A stretch of DNA of 64,000 bases from Lama guanicoe (GCA_013239625.1 MU053472.1:806001-870000); one strand, 5' to 3'; shown: positions 1-12,911, numbered from the stretch's first letter. Notes: a model not told the origin generated them from the letters alone. Numbers and translations are program-made.

Positions 1-609
1 TGTGTGACTGTGAAATGTGTGTGCTGCTCCCCTGACCTGTACCCCTGGGTGCGCTGGGCCAGCAGAGGGTCCTGGGTCCTACCGCAGGCCAGGGCTCCGG
101 TTCTCCAGAGCTCTGTCTGCCCCGGTGCAGCTCCCCCTGTGGCCTCCGCAAGGCCCCCGCCCCCCAGCTGCCTCCTCCTTGTGCCCCTGACTACGGCCAC
201 TTGGTAGTTTTCCAGGCCTGACATTTCGAACATACGATGCCATATGTATTGCCACTCTCAGGTAATTATCACGTAAAATTAAGCTAGTCTTGTACATGAA
301 ACCAGCAATTAGCCAGGGATTGAAGGTCAGGGAGAGCTCGTTTATAGAGTCGCTAACAAAATGTTAAGTGGAAGTGTGTGTCAGATGGGCCAGGAGGCTG
401 GATTAGCGGGGGTCACAGCGGTGGGACTGGAGGGCCGTGGAGACTCCCGGCTCTGCGGCGCTGGGCACAGCAGGAGGAGCTGGGGATTTATGGCTCACAT
501 TTCTCTCTTCCAGCTCTCAGTCTGGGGCACGGCTTTGAAGGAAGCTGGCTAAGCCGGCTAAGTCCTCGTGCACACCAACGCCGTCTCCCCATTCATCCGG
601 AAACCGGAT

Positions 610-1050
610 AGGTCCTGCCTAAAAGCCTGTATGTCATTCTACCTCCTGCCCGGCTGCCCGCCACCCCAGCATTTCACACTCTGCTTTGGGTATCTGAAGA
701 CAGGATAATCTTTCGAGACTCAGAAACTTTGCACATGCCATTCCCTTTGCTGGGGATGCTTTTCCATCTCTCTCAAGTCCCTAATCATCAGCCTGCAAAA
801 TTTCTATTTCTCTTTAAAAAAAAAATCTCAGGCCTCACTTCTCCAGGAGCCTTCCTAGGCCCCTGCCCTGCCCCGAGTTTATTCCAGAAGTTATCTTTGC
901 TTTTTGCACCATGCACTGGTCTCCACTGTTGCACTTACACTCTATGGCAATTTCTTGGCGATGTGGCTGTCCCCACTGCTGCTCTGGGAACTTATTCATC
1001 GCTTCCTGGCAACCTGGAGCTGCTCAATAAATGTCTGTGGAATGAATATA
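610..1050 (+). mobile_element. L2 LINE 3' fragment (ancient)
   Basis: L2-like body (ctttgcacatgccattcccttt...ccaggagccttcc) ending in the L2 3' tail gctcaataaatgtctgtggaatgaat (1022-1047). Confidence 0.7.
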
Positions 1051-1059
1051 GAACTTATT

Positions 1060-1470
1060 CTCTTTGGCTCTTTCTTCTTTTACAAATCCTTCAAGACCGG
1101 GCTCAGATGTCACCTCCTCTGGGCAGCTTCCTGGGATTCCCTTCCCAAGTAGAATTAATCATGTTTCCTATGTCCCCATAGCATCTTGTATACACATCTT
1201 TACTACAGCACTACCAAACTGCCTCATGTTTCACCATAGGTCCACCTGGGGCTACCATGTTGCCCAACTTCAAGGGGCACCGTTCACATGCAGCCAGGCA
1301 ATGCAGAAATGGTGCCTGTACTTGCTCACTAGGCAGTGACCCTCTGCAGAGCAAAGACCCTGCGATTCTGATAGTGGCTTGCATATAATAGGCTCTCATT
1401 GGCCACATTAGTGTCCATTCAGAGTAGGTATGGAATAGATGTGCAATAAACATGTAATTATTGAACAAGA
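1060..1470 (+). mobile_element. L2 LINE 3' fragment, apparently interrupted by a short MER91-like piece (~1235-1300)
   Basis: tccttcaagaccgggctcagatgtcacctcctctgggcagcttcc is typical L2; ends gtgcaataaacatgtaattattgaa. Confidence 0.6.
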
Positions 1471-1479
1471 AGAGACAGT

Positions 1480-1600
1480 TCAGTGGAGAAAGCTCCAGAT
1501 GTGGAGTTAAGGGACCTGGTTTCCAGTTCTGGCTCTGCCACTAGATTTCTGTGCAGCCTTAAGTGAATCACTCAACCTCTCTGGTCTGTATCCTTTTAAA
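1480..1600 (+). mobile_element. MIR SINE
   Basis: gacctggtttccagttctggctctgccactag...gtgcagccttaagtgaatcactcaacctctctg matches the MIR core. Confidence 0.7.
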
Positions 1601-2784
1601 TCAGGTCATATGTGTCAAATACTTGGGACAAAGTAGGTGCTCATTGCGTGTTAGTTTCTTACCCCCTCTTTTTTTATCTGTAAAGTGAGGAATGTTAAGG
1701 TTCCTTGTAGTCCTGTAGAATTATGAGCTCTCAGGATTAGAAGAAGTTTTGAAAGTTCATCTGATTTAACCCCTGGAATCTCCAGGAGGTTATTCAGTTC
1801 TGGTTTGTACCTCTCTAATGACAAGGAGCTCACTTCCTCACAAAGTAGGCCATTCTACCTTCAGACAGCTCTGCCTTAAAAAGAACCCTATTATCTAACA
1901 CTTAGGCCTCCCAGAGCTCCCATCACAGGCCCTGGTTTTGCAGCACGTGGCCAGTCCCACTGCCCGAGATGATATTCGCAGACAATGATCTGCTCCGGGC
2001 TCAAGAACACAGTTCAATCACCATTCCTTTGTTTACTTTCCTCTGAGCTTGCTCCCCTTTGTCCAAAGACCTCTTGAGATGGGGCATCAGAACAGGGTAG
2101 GACATCACCTTCCTTTGCTTAGAACCTGTGCTTCTATTAAGAACCCAGGTTGGAACCCAAGATCATGTTATTGTGACCTATATCTCTCTCAACCCTAGCA
2201 AGCATCTCACCCTAGGAGGTAAAAGCTGGGAATGGGCAAAATTCTTCTTAAATTCTATTTTACACTTAAGAAGTCTGCATTTTTAAAAACCCACTATAAA
2301 TCAAGTGCTAGTACAAATGACAGGCTATGGAAACATTATTTGTAACTCATACCACAGGCAAAGGGCTAATTTCCTTAATAGATAAAGAGAATCCACAAAT
2401 CAATATGAAAATGCTGCACCATCGAATAGAAATATGAACAAAGGGTAGCAGATAGCTGACAGAAGAGGACGCGAAAATTGTTCTTACATAAATGAAAAGA
2501 TGTTGAACCCTGTTCATCATAAGAGCAATGCAGGTTAAAACTACCATTATTTTCACCTGTCACATTGGAAAAGAGCAAAAACACTTAAACATTTTGTTGC
2601 TAAAAGGCGAGGAAACAGACATTCTCCTACTTAGCAAGGGTAAACCAGTACCACCTCTCTGGGTGGAAATGTGGCTTTATTTCCCCCAATTTAAAAATGC
2701 ACAGCCACTTTAATTTGGTGACTCCACTTCTAGGAATGTATCCTGCAGATCTACTCACACGTGCACATCAGAAGTTACGATCGG

Positions 2785-2900
2785 CCAGGGCAGAGACTTT
2801 CGCCCATTTTGTTCAGCCCTGTATCTTTGGCATCAGCCATAGTAGATGCTCAATAAATGTCTGTTGATGAATGAATGGATAAACGAGTGGATGGGTGAAT
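2785..2900 (+). mobile_element. L2 3' end nested in the L1ME remnant
   Basis: cagggcagagactttc...catagtagatgctcaataaatgtctgttgatgaatgaatg. Confidence 0.75.
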
Positions 2901-3249
2901 ATGTAAAATGACATATGTTCGGGTTATGCATTGCAAAACTTCTGGTAAAAGCCAAAGACAAGAAATGATGTAAGTGGCCAAATGTAATGGAACAGGGTTC
3001 TTCAGCTCAAAAGATCAAGGCAGCTCTCCATGTACCAATATGTAAGGATCTCCAAAGTATATTATTAAATAAGAAAGGCAAAGTACAGAAAAATATGTCA
3101 TAAAAATGTCAGAAACATTGTTTGCCTGTCCATGCACACAACATTTCTGGAAGGATGCTCCCCAAATGGCCATTGCTTCTAGGTGGAGGAGCTGGGAGAC
3201 TGGAGCATGGGGTGGAGGGTAGCATTACTTTTCAGCATATTCTCTTAGA

Positions 3250-3342
3250 TTTTTTTTTTTTTTGACAGAGGTACTGGGGATCGAACCCAGGACCTTGTGC
3301 GTGCTAAGCATGCGCTCTACCGTTGAGCTATTTCCCTCCCCC
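3250..3342 (-). mobile_element. Vic-1-type camelid tRNA-Ala-derived SINE
   Basis: Reverse complement reads GGGGGAGGGAAATAGCTCAACGGTAGAGCGCATGCTTAGCACGCACAAGGTCCTGGGTTCGATCCCCAGTACCTC followed by poly(A); Pol III A and B boxes visible. Confidence 0.85.
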
Positions 3343-5149
3343 GGGGGTTCCCTTTGAACTTTAGGTCATGTGACTGTATCACCTATTCAAATAAACAAAT
3401 ACAATTCAAAATTTTAAAAGAACAGGGCTCGGGAATTAACCCTATGCTTTTGTGTACACATATATCTGCACAATTCTGAGGATGTACACGTGTGTGTATG
3501 TGCGCATGCGTATACACTTCCAGTTTGCTTTGCTCACAGCTGCAAATTAATCTTCCTACGTGCAACACATATACCGAGGCCTTCTTGTGCTCAACAGTCT
3601 TCAGTGGCTCCTCGTTGTTCATAAAGTCGAAGCTCTTTGTCCTGGGGTTTGGCATTTTCTGTCATCTGACCCCCCACCTTCCCACCACTCCCTCCACAGT
3701 CTTTGCTACAGAAAAATGGAACCAGTTGGTCCTTCCATGCCCACCTGCCAGTCTCCCCCCTGCACTTTGGACTGTGCTCCTTGGGAAGCCAAGAACCCCT
3801 TCTCCTCCCTTTCCACCACAAGTCACCCCCACTCTGCAAGGCCGGTCACACACCTCTTTCTCGAGGAGGGCTGCCTTGATGTTCCAAGCCGGAAGTGATC
3901 GCTCCCCTTTTTCCTGCATCCCTCTTACTACAGCATTTAGGTTTCTTTAAAACTTATTTTAAAGTTATTTCCATACCTGAAAACTGTTCTAAGCTATGCG
4001 AAGGAAGGCAGAGTTCAGGTTTGATTCCTGTTTGTATTGTCCTCGGAGCCTAATAAAATGCCAGGCACATAGCAGGTATTTAAAAGATGCTGAAGGAACG
4101 GGTATACGTAAGTCTAGGTGGTGGGTGGTAAGTCTGTCTGGGCTGTCATTATCATCTTCATTGTCCCCTGGGAAAGCCTTTTGCAAACTACTTGCACACG
4201 GCCTATGTGGGGCTTTCTGGAGAGTGGCTCAGCCTGAACCCACTGCAACCCATCCACGCCCACCAGCCTGGCCGCAGAAAAAGGGGCCCAGACGTGACCA
4301 GACGGTGAGGCAGCCGCATTCCAGACGGATGAGGCACGCCTGGGAAGTCACATGTCTGGCTCACTGACCCACCTGCAGGCACTCAAGCTTTGCAGACCCT
4401 CAGGCCGACCCGGGGTTCGAATCCTCTGTCTCCCTGTGTGACGGTGCAAATGTAACTGGCTGAGTCTCAGGGTCCTCACCTACGAAATGGTAAGACCTGC
4501 CTCTGTGCCGCTGGGAGGACCGGAGGGAACGTCTGGTAGGTGCCTTGCTGAGGGCCTGGCATCTGGCAGGTTCTCAGGGGCTGATTACGAAGAACCTGGG
4601 GCTGCCAAGCTGCAGACACGCAGGAGGCCACACCAGCCCAAGCTAAACCTAGAAAAGTAAACGTATTGCCAAAAACCCCATATGCCAAGCAGCACTTTAT
4701 TGCAAAGCCAAACAGATCTTTTTGGCTCGACCATTGTTTGGGATTATTTAGCCACAGTTAACACTGTTTGTGAGAACACTGAAGACCTACTCAGGGTGTG
4801 GTGCGCACGGGGCATTCATGGGTGAATGGGTCTGCGCGTGTATGTGCAGACACACGGATGTCGTACTAATAGTGTGCATGAAGTGTGTGCATGTGTTCAC
4901 GTGCACATGGGCCCCTCCAAGGGTCACGCATGTGAGTATCTGTGTGAGTGTCCCCGTGTCCACACGTGTATGCGTTTGCCTCCAGTCATCCATGCGATGA
5001 TGCTGACCTGGGACTCCGGGCGGAACGGAACCCACTACCTGAAGGAATAAAGGCTGGCTAGAGAAACACTGAGAAAAGATGGGGCAAAAAGGGAAAAAAG
5101 AAATGCACAGACTACACATGTGGGGGTGGGGTGAAAGGCAGTAGCCTGT

Positions 5150-5350
5150 GGGAGCTCGGAGCATGAACTATGAACCTCTCCTGGGTTTGAACCCACCCTT
5201 GGCCGATTCCTAGCTCGTGACCTTGGGCAGGTCATTCAAGCTCTCACTGCCTCAGTTTCTCATCTGTAAACTTGGGATCGGAATAACAGCACCTATAGTT
5301 TAGGATGATGGTGAGGATTAAATGAGCTGATTGATGTAAAGCACTTAATG
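5150..5350 (+). mobile_element. MIR SINE
   Basis: cctgggtttgaaccc...gtgaccttgggcaggtcattcaagctctcactgcctcagtttctcatctgtaaa...gtgaggattaaatgag. Confidence 0.85.
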
Positions 5351-6454
5351 GGGGCTGGTGCAGAGTAAGAGCTTGCTTCCCTCGGCTTCCTTTTACTCCC
5401 CTCTAGGATGTGGCCTCCCCGCCCCTCCTCCCCAGCACGCTCCACAGCGTCCTGGTCTTTGCCAGAGCCAGGCTGGGAGCAGGCAGTGCGTGCCATTGGC
5501 AGGGAAAGAAAGCCAAAGTGAGCAGGAGGAGGCGGAGACGCTGGCTCGGGGATGTTGCTTCTTTTTTCCGTTTTCCCAGCCCTGCCCCATGGGCTGGGGG
5601 TCAGGCCCCCTCCTCGCTCCATCTGCCTCTGCTGTAGCCTGTGCCATCCGGCTTGCCAGCCAGCCCAGCCCAGCCCAGCCCAGCAGGCTGGGATCCCAGG
5701 CAGTGCCAGCCCCGGCCCTGCTAGGGGTGGGAGTGGGCCGCAGTTCGGGGTCTGGGAAGGGTTCTGCTGCTCTGTTTTATTTTTCCACAGCTCCTCTTTG
5801 CTTTCGGAACCCTGGTCTTTCCCAGCCCTGGGGCTCTGTCTCTGCCCTGTGCCAGCCTCTGGCTGTCTCGTCCATCCCTGCATCTCTGCCACCACCTGCC
5901 CGGGGTCTCCTGCCAGCTCTGGGCTCAGGAAGCATCAGGCCCTGTCAGCCTCAGCTCCTACACATACCCTTCCCCACCCCTTGGCTGAAGGTGGGCGGCC
6001 CCAGCATCTGGAGGGGCTGGCTCTCTGCTCCTGCTGCCCTGGGCCCAGGGACCCCCACCCTGTCCCCACCCATCTTTCCTCTCACCCCTCTCCCCAGTGA
6101 CTAGAGTCCTCTTCCCACCCCTCTGCCTCCTCCCTGCCCAGGACAGCTTGCTTCCCTCCAGGCCTTGGCTGGGGTTCACAATGAAACTGCCTCCCCCCAC
6201 AGACCAGGAGGTGGAGGATCACCATGGCAACCAAGCAAGCCTTTCCCCCCTCCCCTCCCCTTCCTCTCCTGGCTTCACTGAAGGGGCCAGAGGTCTGGAG
6301 GGATGTTCTCAGGGATACAGGATGGAGAATGATGGGGGACAGGGTAGCTGATGAGATATTTATAAGAGAGGTGGGCTTTGGAAACATGGCGAATGATGGG
6401 ATCACTACTTTTGAGGGTCAGGGTCGAAGTGTGTGACTAGGGTGGCCTCAGCCA

Positions 6455-6625
6455 CCAGTTGAGTCCCCAAATATGGGTGTGATTCATCTGGGTACCCTGT
6501 TCAATACAGAGCCTCAGAACCATCCTAGACCCACAAAAGCCAGTCTCTAGAGTTGGTTCTTAGGAACCCACATTTTAAAGATTCTCCCCGGGTCATCCTA
6601 TACATACCAAAGTTGAAGATCCCCT
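6455..6625. mobile_element. MER5A-like hAT-Charlie DNA transposon fossil
   Basis: aggaacccacattttaaagattctccccgggtcatcctatacataccaaagttgaaga resembles MER5A. Confidence 0.6.
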
Positions 6626-6629
6626 AGTA

Positions 6630-6810
6630 TACAGAGGCTGGAATATAACAGCCCTGTGTTTAAATCCCAGCTTGGTCATGCAAAGTCAGGTGGCAAGTCT
6701 TGTAACCGCTCCAAGGCTCAGTTTTCACTTCTGTAAAATGGGATAACAGTACCAGCTCCATAGAGTGCTGTGAGAACTGGCCCCTGACGATAAAGCACCT
6801 TACACAGAGC
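6630..6810 (+). mobile_element. MIR SINE
   Basis: ctcagttttcacttctgtaaaatgggataacagtaccagctccatagagtgctgtgaga. Confidence 0.75.
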
Positions 6811-7611
6811 TTCACGGCTACTGCCTCCCGCTCTAGGCTCTGCCATCTCCGGGGGGACGGGCTGGGTCTGTGGGGGAGTGTGACCCCCCCCACCCCCCAC
6901 CGGGGCCTGCCACGGCCTGGGCCTTCTCTGCCATTATGTGTTACAAGACACTGCGAATTCTCCACACCAGAGCAACACGAAATCATTAAGGCAAAACAAT
7001 AAATAAAGGCCTAGAAGTTATTACAGAGCTGACAGTGCACAACGCCGTCCTGCAAAGCAAATATGAATTATTTCAGAACATTTTAAAATGAAAAATCCTC
7101 TCTTCTTCCTGCCCAGCCCTGTAATCCATTAACTCCTCTTTTCACCCCCTTCACCCGGGAGGCAGACTGGCCAGGCCAGGGGCTCTCAGAACAGGGCTTC
7201 CTGTGCCCTGGGCGGGCCTGGCCTTCCTGCCGAGTCTGCCTGGAAGCCAGCCTGCTGCTTCTTTGGCCTGAACACCTCTGGGTCACTGCAAGCATCTCCT
7301 TGTTCCTTGTCTCCACCTGGAATCCGTGAACCTCTACTGCCTGATGTTGTACACGACATTTATGGTTTACAGAGAACCCCTAATGGCTCCTGGTAGATAG
7401 GCTGTATTCTTCCCGTTTTCCTGACGGCGCCCCAGGTTCATGGGGGTTCAGCGACAGGCCCAGGGGCTGGTAAATGACAGAACTGGGACTCAAACCTGGT
7501 TTAAATGAGATGAAACAGACACTGCACGCCGAGTACTTGCATGGCATCCTCTAAAAGCTATCATTATTGTTGTTACTATTATTCTTTTCAATATGCCCTA
7601 CTTATCCAGTC

Positions 7612-8160
7612 CTGTGATGGCACTGCTGTGGCCATCTGCCAGTTTTGACAGGTCAGCATCCCTTCCCTGTTCTGCTGGTAATAGCACCTTTTTCCTTTAG
7701 AGCACTGCTCTCTCTTTTCCATGTCACTTGATGAGCTGTCAGTCCCTGGACCATGCCCTTCCCTGGCCTCCAGACGTGAGATCCAGACCTGCTCCCCCAT
7801 AGCGCCCCATCCTTCTGATCACAGGGATTGGATGTGAGCTGGAACCATCAGAATATTTATCTGGGATTTTACAGACAAAGTCTCAGAGAGGCAAGTCCCC
7901 GCTACCCCTTACCAGCTTGATGGGCCATGCCCCATTCCTCCCCACGTCCCCTGACCCAACATGGAGAGAGCCAGGAGGTGGAGGCAAGAACATGTCCAGC
8001 ACACAGGCAGAAGCAGAGGTGAGACATTTGGCGATGCTGCTTAAGTGCCTGAATCTAGCTGCACCCAAAGGCAGCCCCACCTGCCCTTCCCAGTTGCACA
8101 GGCCAACGATCTGCCCTTTTGGATTAAGCTACATCACGTTGGGTTTCAGTCACCTGCTCC
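7612..8160 (+). mobile_element. LTR16-like ERVL solo LTR
   Basis: Starts tgtgatggcactgctg; contains cagcatccccttccctgttctgctggtaatagcacc and gatcacagggattgg; ends ttaagctacatcacgttgggtttcagtcacctgc, all LTR16-family features. Confidence 0.65.
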
Positions 8161-8599
8161 GTGGGTACAGGTGCTGCGCATGAGTGCGCGCGTGTGTACT
8201 CAGTACGCGTCCTTTAGCAATGAGGGTGATCTCACCACCTCCTGATCCCTCCAGGGGTTTAGGGGCTGAATGTGCCCTGGACCAGGAGGTCAAGTCCAGG
8301 GGCATAACCCCAGCAGAGCCACCGAGTCACCTTCCTGGTGATTCGGAGCAAGCCCTGCTCCTCTGGACATCAGATTCGTCATTGGTAAAACGAAGGTTTA
8401 GGGCTATAAAATCTCAAAGGGGTCTTGTACTACTAATGCTCTAGAATTCACTCCTTATGCCAGTGAGTCCTAGGCGTGGGGCCTGGGGCCTGCCACACTC
8501 CCACTCCCGCCAGCTTCTTTGCCTTCATCTGCCGCAATTCTCCCACCATCATCCCACCCTCCTGTCCTCTACACACCTCTGCAGTTCTAAATTCTCATT

Positions 8600-9000
8600 T
8601 ACTTGTAGCTCATTGACCAAACCATCCATCTACCCACCCATCCATCCACTGAGCTCCTGACATGTGTCAGGCACCATCCCAGATGCAGTGGGTTCCACTT
8701 AATCCTCAGAGAGCAAACAAGTGAATCCAAGTGTGTTGAGAGCTAGGAAAGAGAGACATAGGATGCCAAGGCAACATCTGGAAGTAAGCTGCAGCCCTCT
8801 GATGAGAAAGGGATAGTTCTTTAAGGCAAGCCTTGAAAGTTGAATGGAGAATAGCCTAGGGAAGGGGAGGAAGGACATTTCAGGCAACTGGCACAGCATA
8901 GGGAATGAAAGAAATTCATAATGGAAAGTGCATAGTCAGCAAAAGGGAGAGGTGTGCCCTGCAGGGCCAGAGATGTTGGCATGAGGCAGGCCATGAGAAC
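8600..9000 (-). mobile_element. L2 LINE fragment
   Basis: catccatccactgagctcctgacatgtgtcaggcacc...gaaggacatttcaggcaactggcacagcata is reverse-strand L2. Confidence 0.6.
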
Positions 9001-10189
9001 GATCCATTTGCCACTCTGTCCACTTGGCAAACTCCTATTCATCCTTAAAAACCCTGCCAAGATAGCATTCCATGACCCTGGAGTTAATCACTCTTTCCTC
9101 TGTCCGCAGCTTGTACTCCTGTCATTGTACCTGTTTCCCTGCCTTATAATGACCTCCTCCCCATGTTGTCTCTCCTCTTAGAATGTATTTTCCTTTAAGG
9201 CACGAAGCTGTTTGGAATTGTAGTGCCTGGCTCCCATAGGTACTCCATAAACGCTTTGGGGCTGAACTCAATCACATGGGGTGTGTGTGTAGCCATGAGA
9301 TAACTATGTTTATGTCTAAGGAAGGGGCGGGAGGAGTGACAGGCATGTATGTGGGTATCTCTGTGTTTGGATTTAAATTCAACAACATTTCCAGAGGGCT
9401 GTTTGGAGTCAGTGGACTGTGACAAGCTGCTGACCATTTTCTCAAAGCAAGAAAACTCCCTCGGCTTGGAGGTGTGATGCTTGCTGGGCCTGAGGCTGAG
9501 CGCCCTCACCTCACCCCTCCTGGCCTTGCTGCCCCATCTCTAGACAAACCGTTTGGGGGCCCTCAGTGATGCTGGGCTCTGTGGCCTGGTGAAGCAGTGG
9601 ACGGAGGCTGGGCCCTGACCTGGCTGCCCAGTGGCTGCCGGCCAAGCTGGCGTCTTTGCTTCAAGAAGCTGATCAATGGATGCCCCAGGCCACGGGAGGC
9701 CCTTCCTTTTAATCCATATCGACTGCTCCCTCCTTTGCCTGCCAATTTGTATCAGGCTGTTGTCTGTGTTGATGATGGAGAGCCTTGGGCCCACTCCTGG
9801 TGATCCGTGAGGGGGATCAGAGGCCTCTGGATGGCTGGGGGTGGGTGGGCCAGGGAACAGCCCCACCCAGGGAGACTTGAACCAGCTGAGCTCTACTGGA
9901 AAAGGGCTGCTTCAATGTTCTTGACCTTCTTTACCTACTTAAACTCTGAGGGAGCTGGTCCTTCCCTGGAGCAAGAGAGGACACCCAGGGGGAAGGGAGG
10001 AGGGAAAATTAGCCACTCCCTTCCTCCATGTCACCTGCAAGGCAAGCCCAGGGCAGAGGCCCTTTGCAGGCTCTGCAACCCCAGGACATGATATGCCAGC
10101 TCCTGCCAGTTCCATCAATCAGCAAGCACGTAGCTCACCCCTGGGCTTTCAAGTCGGGAGGAAGCTGCTGGCATATGCAGAGGGTTCAG

Positions 10190-10310
10190 GCCCCTGGCAC
10201 ATCACGTTTAATTCTCTCAACAGTCCTGGACAGATACTATTGTTATCCCCATTTTGGAGATGGGAAAACTGAGGCTCCATGAAGTTTGGAAGCATGATCA
10301 AGAGCCAGGA
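10190..10310 (-). mobile_element. MIR SINE
   Basis: tattgttatccccattttggagatgggaaaactgaggctc. Confidence 0.8.
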
Positions 10311-12229
10311 GCTTCTGCTCTCTTCCCTCCTGTTCTGTCTCCCTAAGACACCGGCGCCTGACCTCTGTGAGCCATCCCATCAAGGTAGGAGACAAGACAC
10401 TTGCACCTGAAGATGTAAACAGTGGTCAGGAGCCACCTCCATTTATGAACATGTGACCTACAAGCACCCTCTCCCACAACATCTGCCCTGGGCTCCCTGG
10501 TCCTCAGCCGGGACTCTCTGCTTCCGAGGAAGCCTGGCTCCTCTTCTTCCTCTTCCTCTCCTCTGGCCACTGACCCCCAGAAACCCGATCTTTCTGCTCT
10601 CCCCTTGGGGTGAGAATGAGCGGGGAAAGACCCCTGTTCCACTATTGTTCTGGGGTGGGAGAGAAGACAGGGGCCCAGATCCTGTGCCTGGAGACTCAGA
10701 CTGGTCCTAGAATGACCTCTTCCTTAGTTTTCTCAAAGTGACAGTGACCTTTTAAGCTCTCTGAGCCTCAGTTACCTCACAAGTGAAATAAAGCTATACC
10801 TCCCAGAATTTTATAAAGGAAATGAAACAAGGTCATGTGTTGCAGACACTTAAGGAATGTTAAAAATCAAAATCAAAATGATGAGTTAGAGTTTGGCTGG
10901 AGGGGAGGGTGAGGTGGGGTTGGGGGGAGAGTGGGGCTGGTGTGCGTGGAAGGGATGGAGGGATGAGAGCAGGGGGGTGGTGCTCAGGGCTGTGGAGGTT
11001 GCGTTACAGGAGAAAGACCGCGTTACAGGAGGGAGAGGGCAGGGAGGGTTCTGACTGCCAAGCTGACTTCGGACTTTGTCCTATGGATTAATGGTTTTCG
11101 CACATGGAGTCCTTTGTTCCAATGAGGTCCCGTTTGGAAGTCCAATAGGGCAAGCAGATAAATGGTTGCGCTGAGCCTGGGGGGGGTTCCAGAGTCCTGC
11201 TTTCAAGCCCCTTCTCCACCTGGTCCTGGGAAGGGCTCCATGGAACTGAGAGAGCTATGCCGAGCAGGTGTTTAAAGGCTCTCCAGTGGGGAATGAACCT
11301 GAGTGGAACCAGGAGGCCTGAGGGAGCGGGGCCGAGGGGAGGGCTCAGTGTCCCTGTCCTCAGGCTGAGTGGGCATGGCCCTCTGCCCGCCTCACGAGCC
11401 CTTCATTCTCACCCGGCATAGAAGTTGACTGTGGTGCCCTCTGAGAAGACATGGTCCAGCTGTCAGTTCTCTCCCTGCACAGATGCGAGAATCCCTAGAG
11501 AAACCCTGGGAAACAGCGCTAGGTGTCCCCAGTGGGGTCCAGGTGGGGAGGTACAGCGGGCATCAGGTCCCCCAAGGTGGGTGCCTCGTGGGTTGCAGCA
11601 AGTGGCCAAGGGCCCGTTGTGGCCCCTGCGGCATTTACCCGCCGCCACCGACATGCTGGGGTTGGGGGTGAAGGGAGGTCGGCACGTCCTCTCTCCTGCT
11701 CCACTTGGCCACCCGGCCCGCTCCTGCTGAGCATCAGGCCTCAGCTGGATCATAGCTTTTCCCAGAGAGCCTTCCTTGTCCCCTTCCACACTGGATGGGG
11801 TGCCCCTCCTCCGTGCCCCTGCGGCCCTGGGCCGGCCCCTCTCGCAGTGAGCTGTAACTGTGTTCCCGTCCCTCTCTCCTCTGCTGGGTGTTAGGTTTGA
11901 GGGCGGGGGTGGGTCCTGCCGCCAGAGCCTAGCACGGAGCCTGGGTGCGGAGTAGGTGCTTAATCCATGCTGGGGAAGGAGTCAACAGATGAGACTGACT
12001 CCAGTGTGGGTGCGGGGAGAGGGCAAATCACAGTGTGAGCTCCTGACAGGTGAGAGGTGGACTTCTGAAGAAAGGCTGCTGAGCGGGGTGGGGGCCCAGT
12101 GGGGGCCGGCTGGGAGGCGAACCCGGGCCCTGGGGCCCACTACGCAAGTCTGCCTCTTTCTGTTCCCTGTCCTTGCTGCGGGGGTTGCCCTCCAAGCCGT
12201 GCTGGCTCTGGATGTCACAGTCCGCCCAC

Positions 12230-12510
12230 TACTTTGTATGCCCACCCGTGTGTGTGCGTGCCGACGCTAAGGTGTACCAGGTAAACTTCGTGTCCCTGGG
12301 TGTGAATGAACACAGCTGCAGAGCTGCCTCTGTGTGTGTGTGCGAGTGTGCAGTGTGCAGCAGGAAGTTGGGTGTGCACCCACATCTTTGTGTATCCAGG
12401 TGCGGGAGTGACACCCTTGTGTGCACAGCTCTGTATGCAGACTGTGCCCAGGCGTGCTTTTGTATCTGTGAGTGTATATATGCTTGCACAGACATGAGTG
12501 TGCCCACGGG
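12230..12510. repeat. Degenerate (TG)n-rich low-complexity tract
   Basis: Interrupted tgtgtg runs throughout. Confidence 0.7.
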
Positions 12511-12853
12511 CTGGGTGGGGCCAGGTGCGTTCTGTCACTGCGCCCTGATTAGCCTTGGCTTGGAAGTACTGAGGTGACAATTTACAGCCACACCTGACCC
12601 TGGCCTCTCCGCCCCATCCTGTGTGCGCTGCTGGGGCTGCCCCCTGGCCCTTGCCCAGGCCCTGCCCCCTGGCCACATAACTGTGATTTATGGCTGGCCT
12701 GTGGGGAGTGGGCCCCTCCCCACCGCCCACCTCTCAGCGGCTCCTGTACCAGATGGGCTGCCTGCTGCTCCCTGGAGCAGCTCCGCCGGGGAGGGTGAGG
12801 CCCGATGACCGCCGCCAGGCCCGGCTGAGACCCCTCCCTCACCCACTGCTCAC

Positions 12854-12911
12854 CCGCTTTCAGGCCCTGTCATCCTGTCTTGGGCTGGTTCTTGGCTGCT
12901 GGGATTGACAA
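12854..12911 (-). other. Candidate 58-nt spliced exon (5' UTR or N-terminal coding) of an unidentified minus-strand transcript
   Basis: Minus strand acceptor ggtctgtgttctctgacctcccatctcAG with branch-like ctgac, donor CGG|GTGAGC; lies in repeat-free sequence; contains an ATG at 12873 with A at -3. Confidence 0.3.

Larger units (their letters stand above)
2285..3420 (+). mobile_element. Ancient L1 (L1ME-like) ORF2 end/3' UTR remnant, interrupted by L2 and SINE insertions
   Basis: A-rich L1 signatures: caaagggctaatttccttaata, atgaaaagatgttgaaccctgttcatcataagagcaatgcaggttaaaactac, actccacttctaggaatgtatcctgcaga. Confidence 0.75.

Noticed and set aside
5293..6104. Overlapping 180-250 aa ORFs on both strands
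   Set aside because: Pro/Gly/Ala-rich, open in several frames, one runs into a MIR, and no homology recognised
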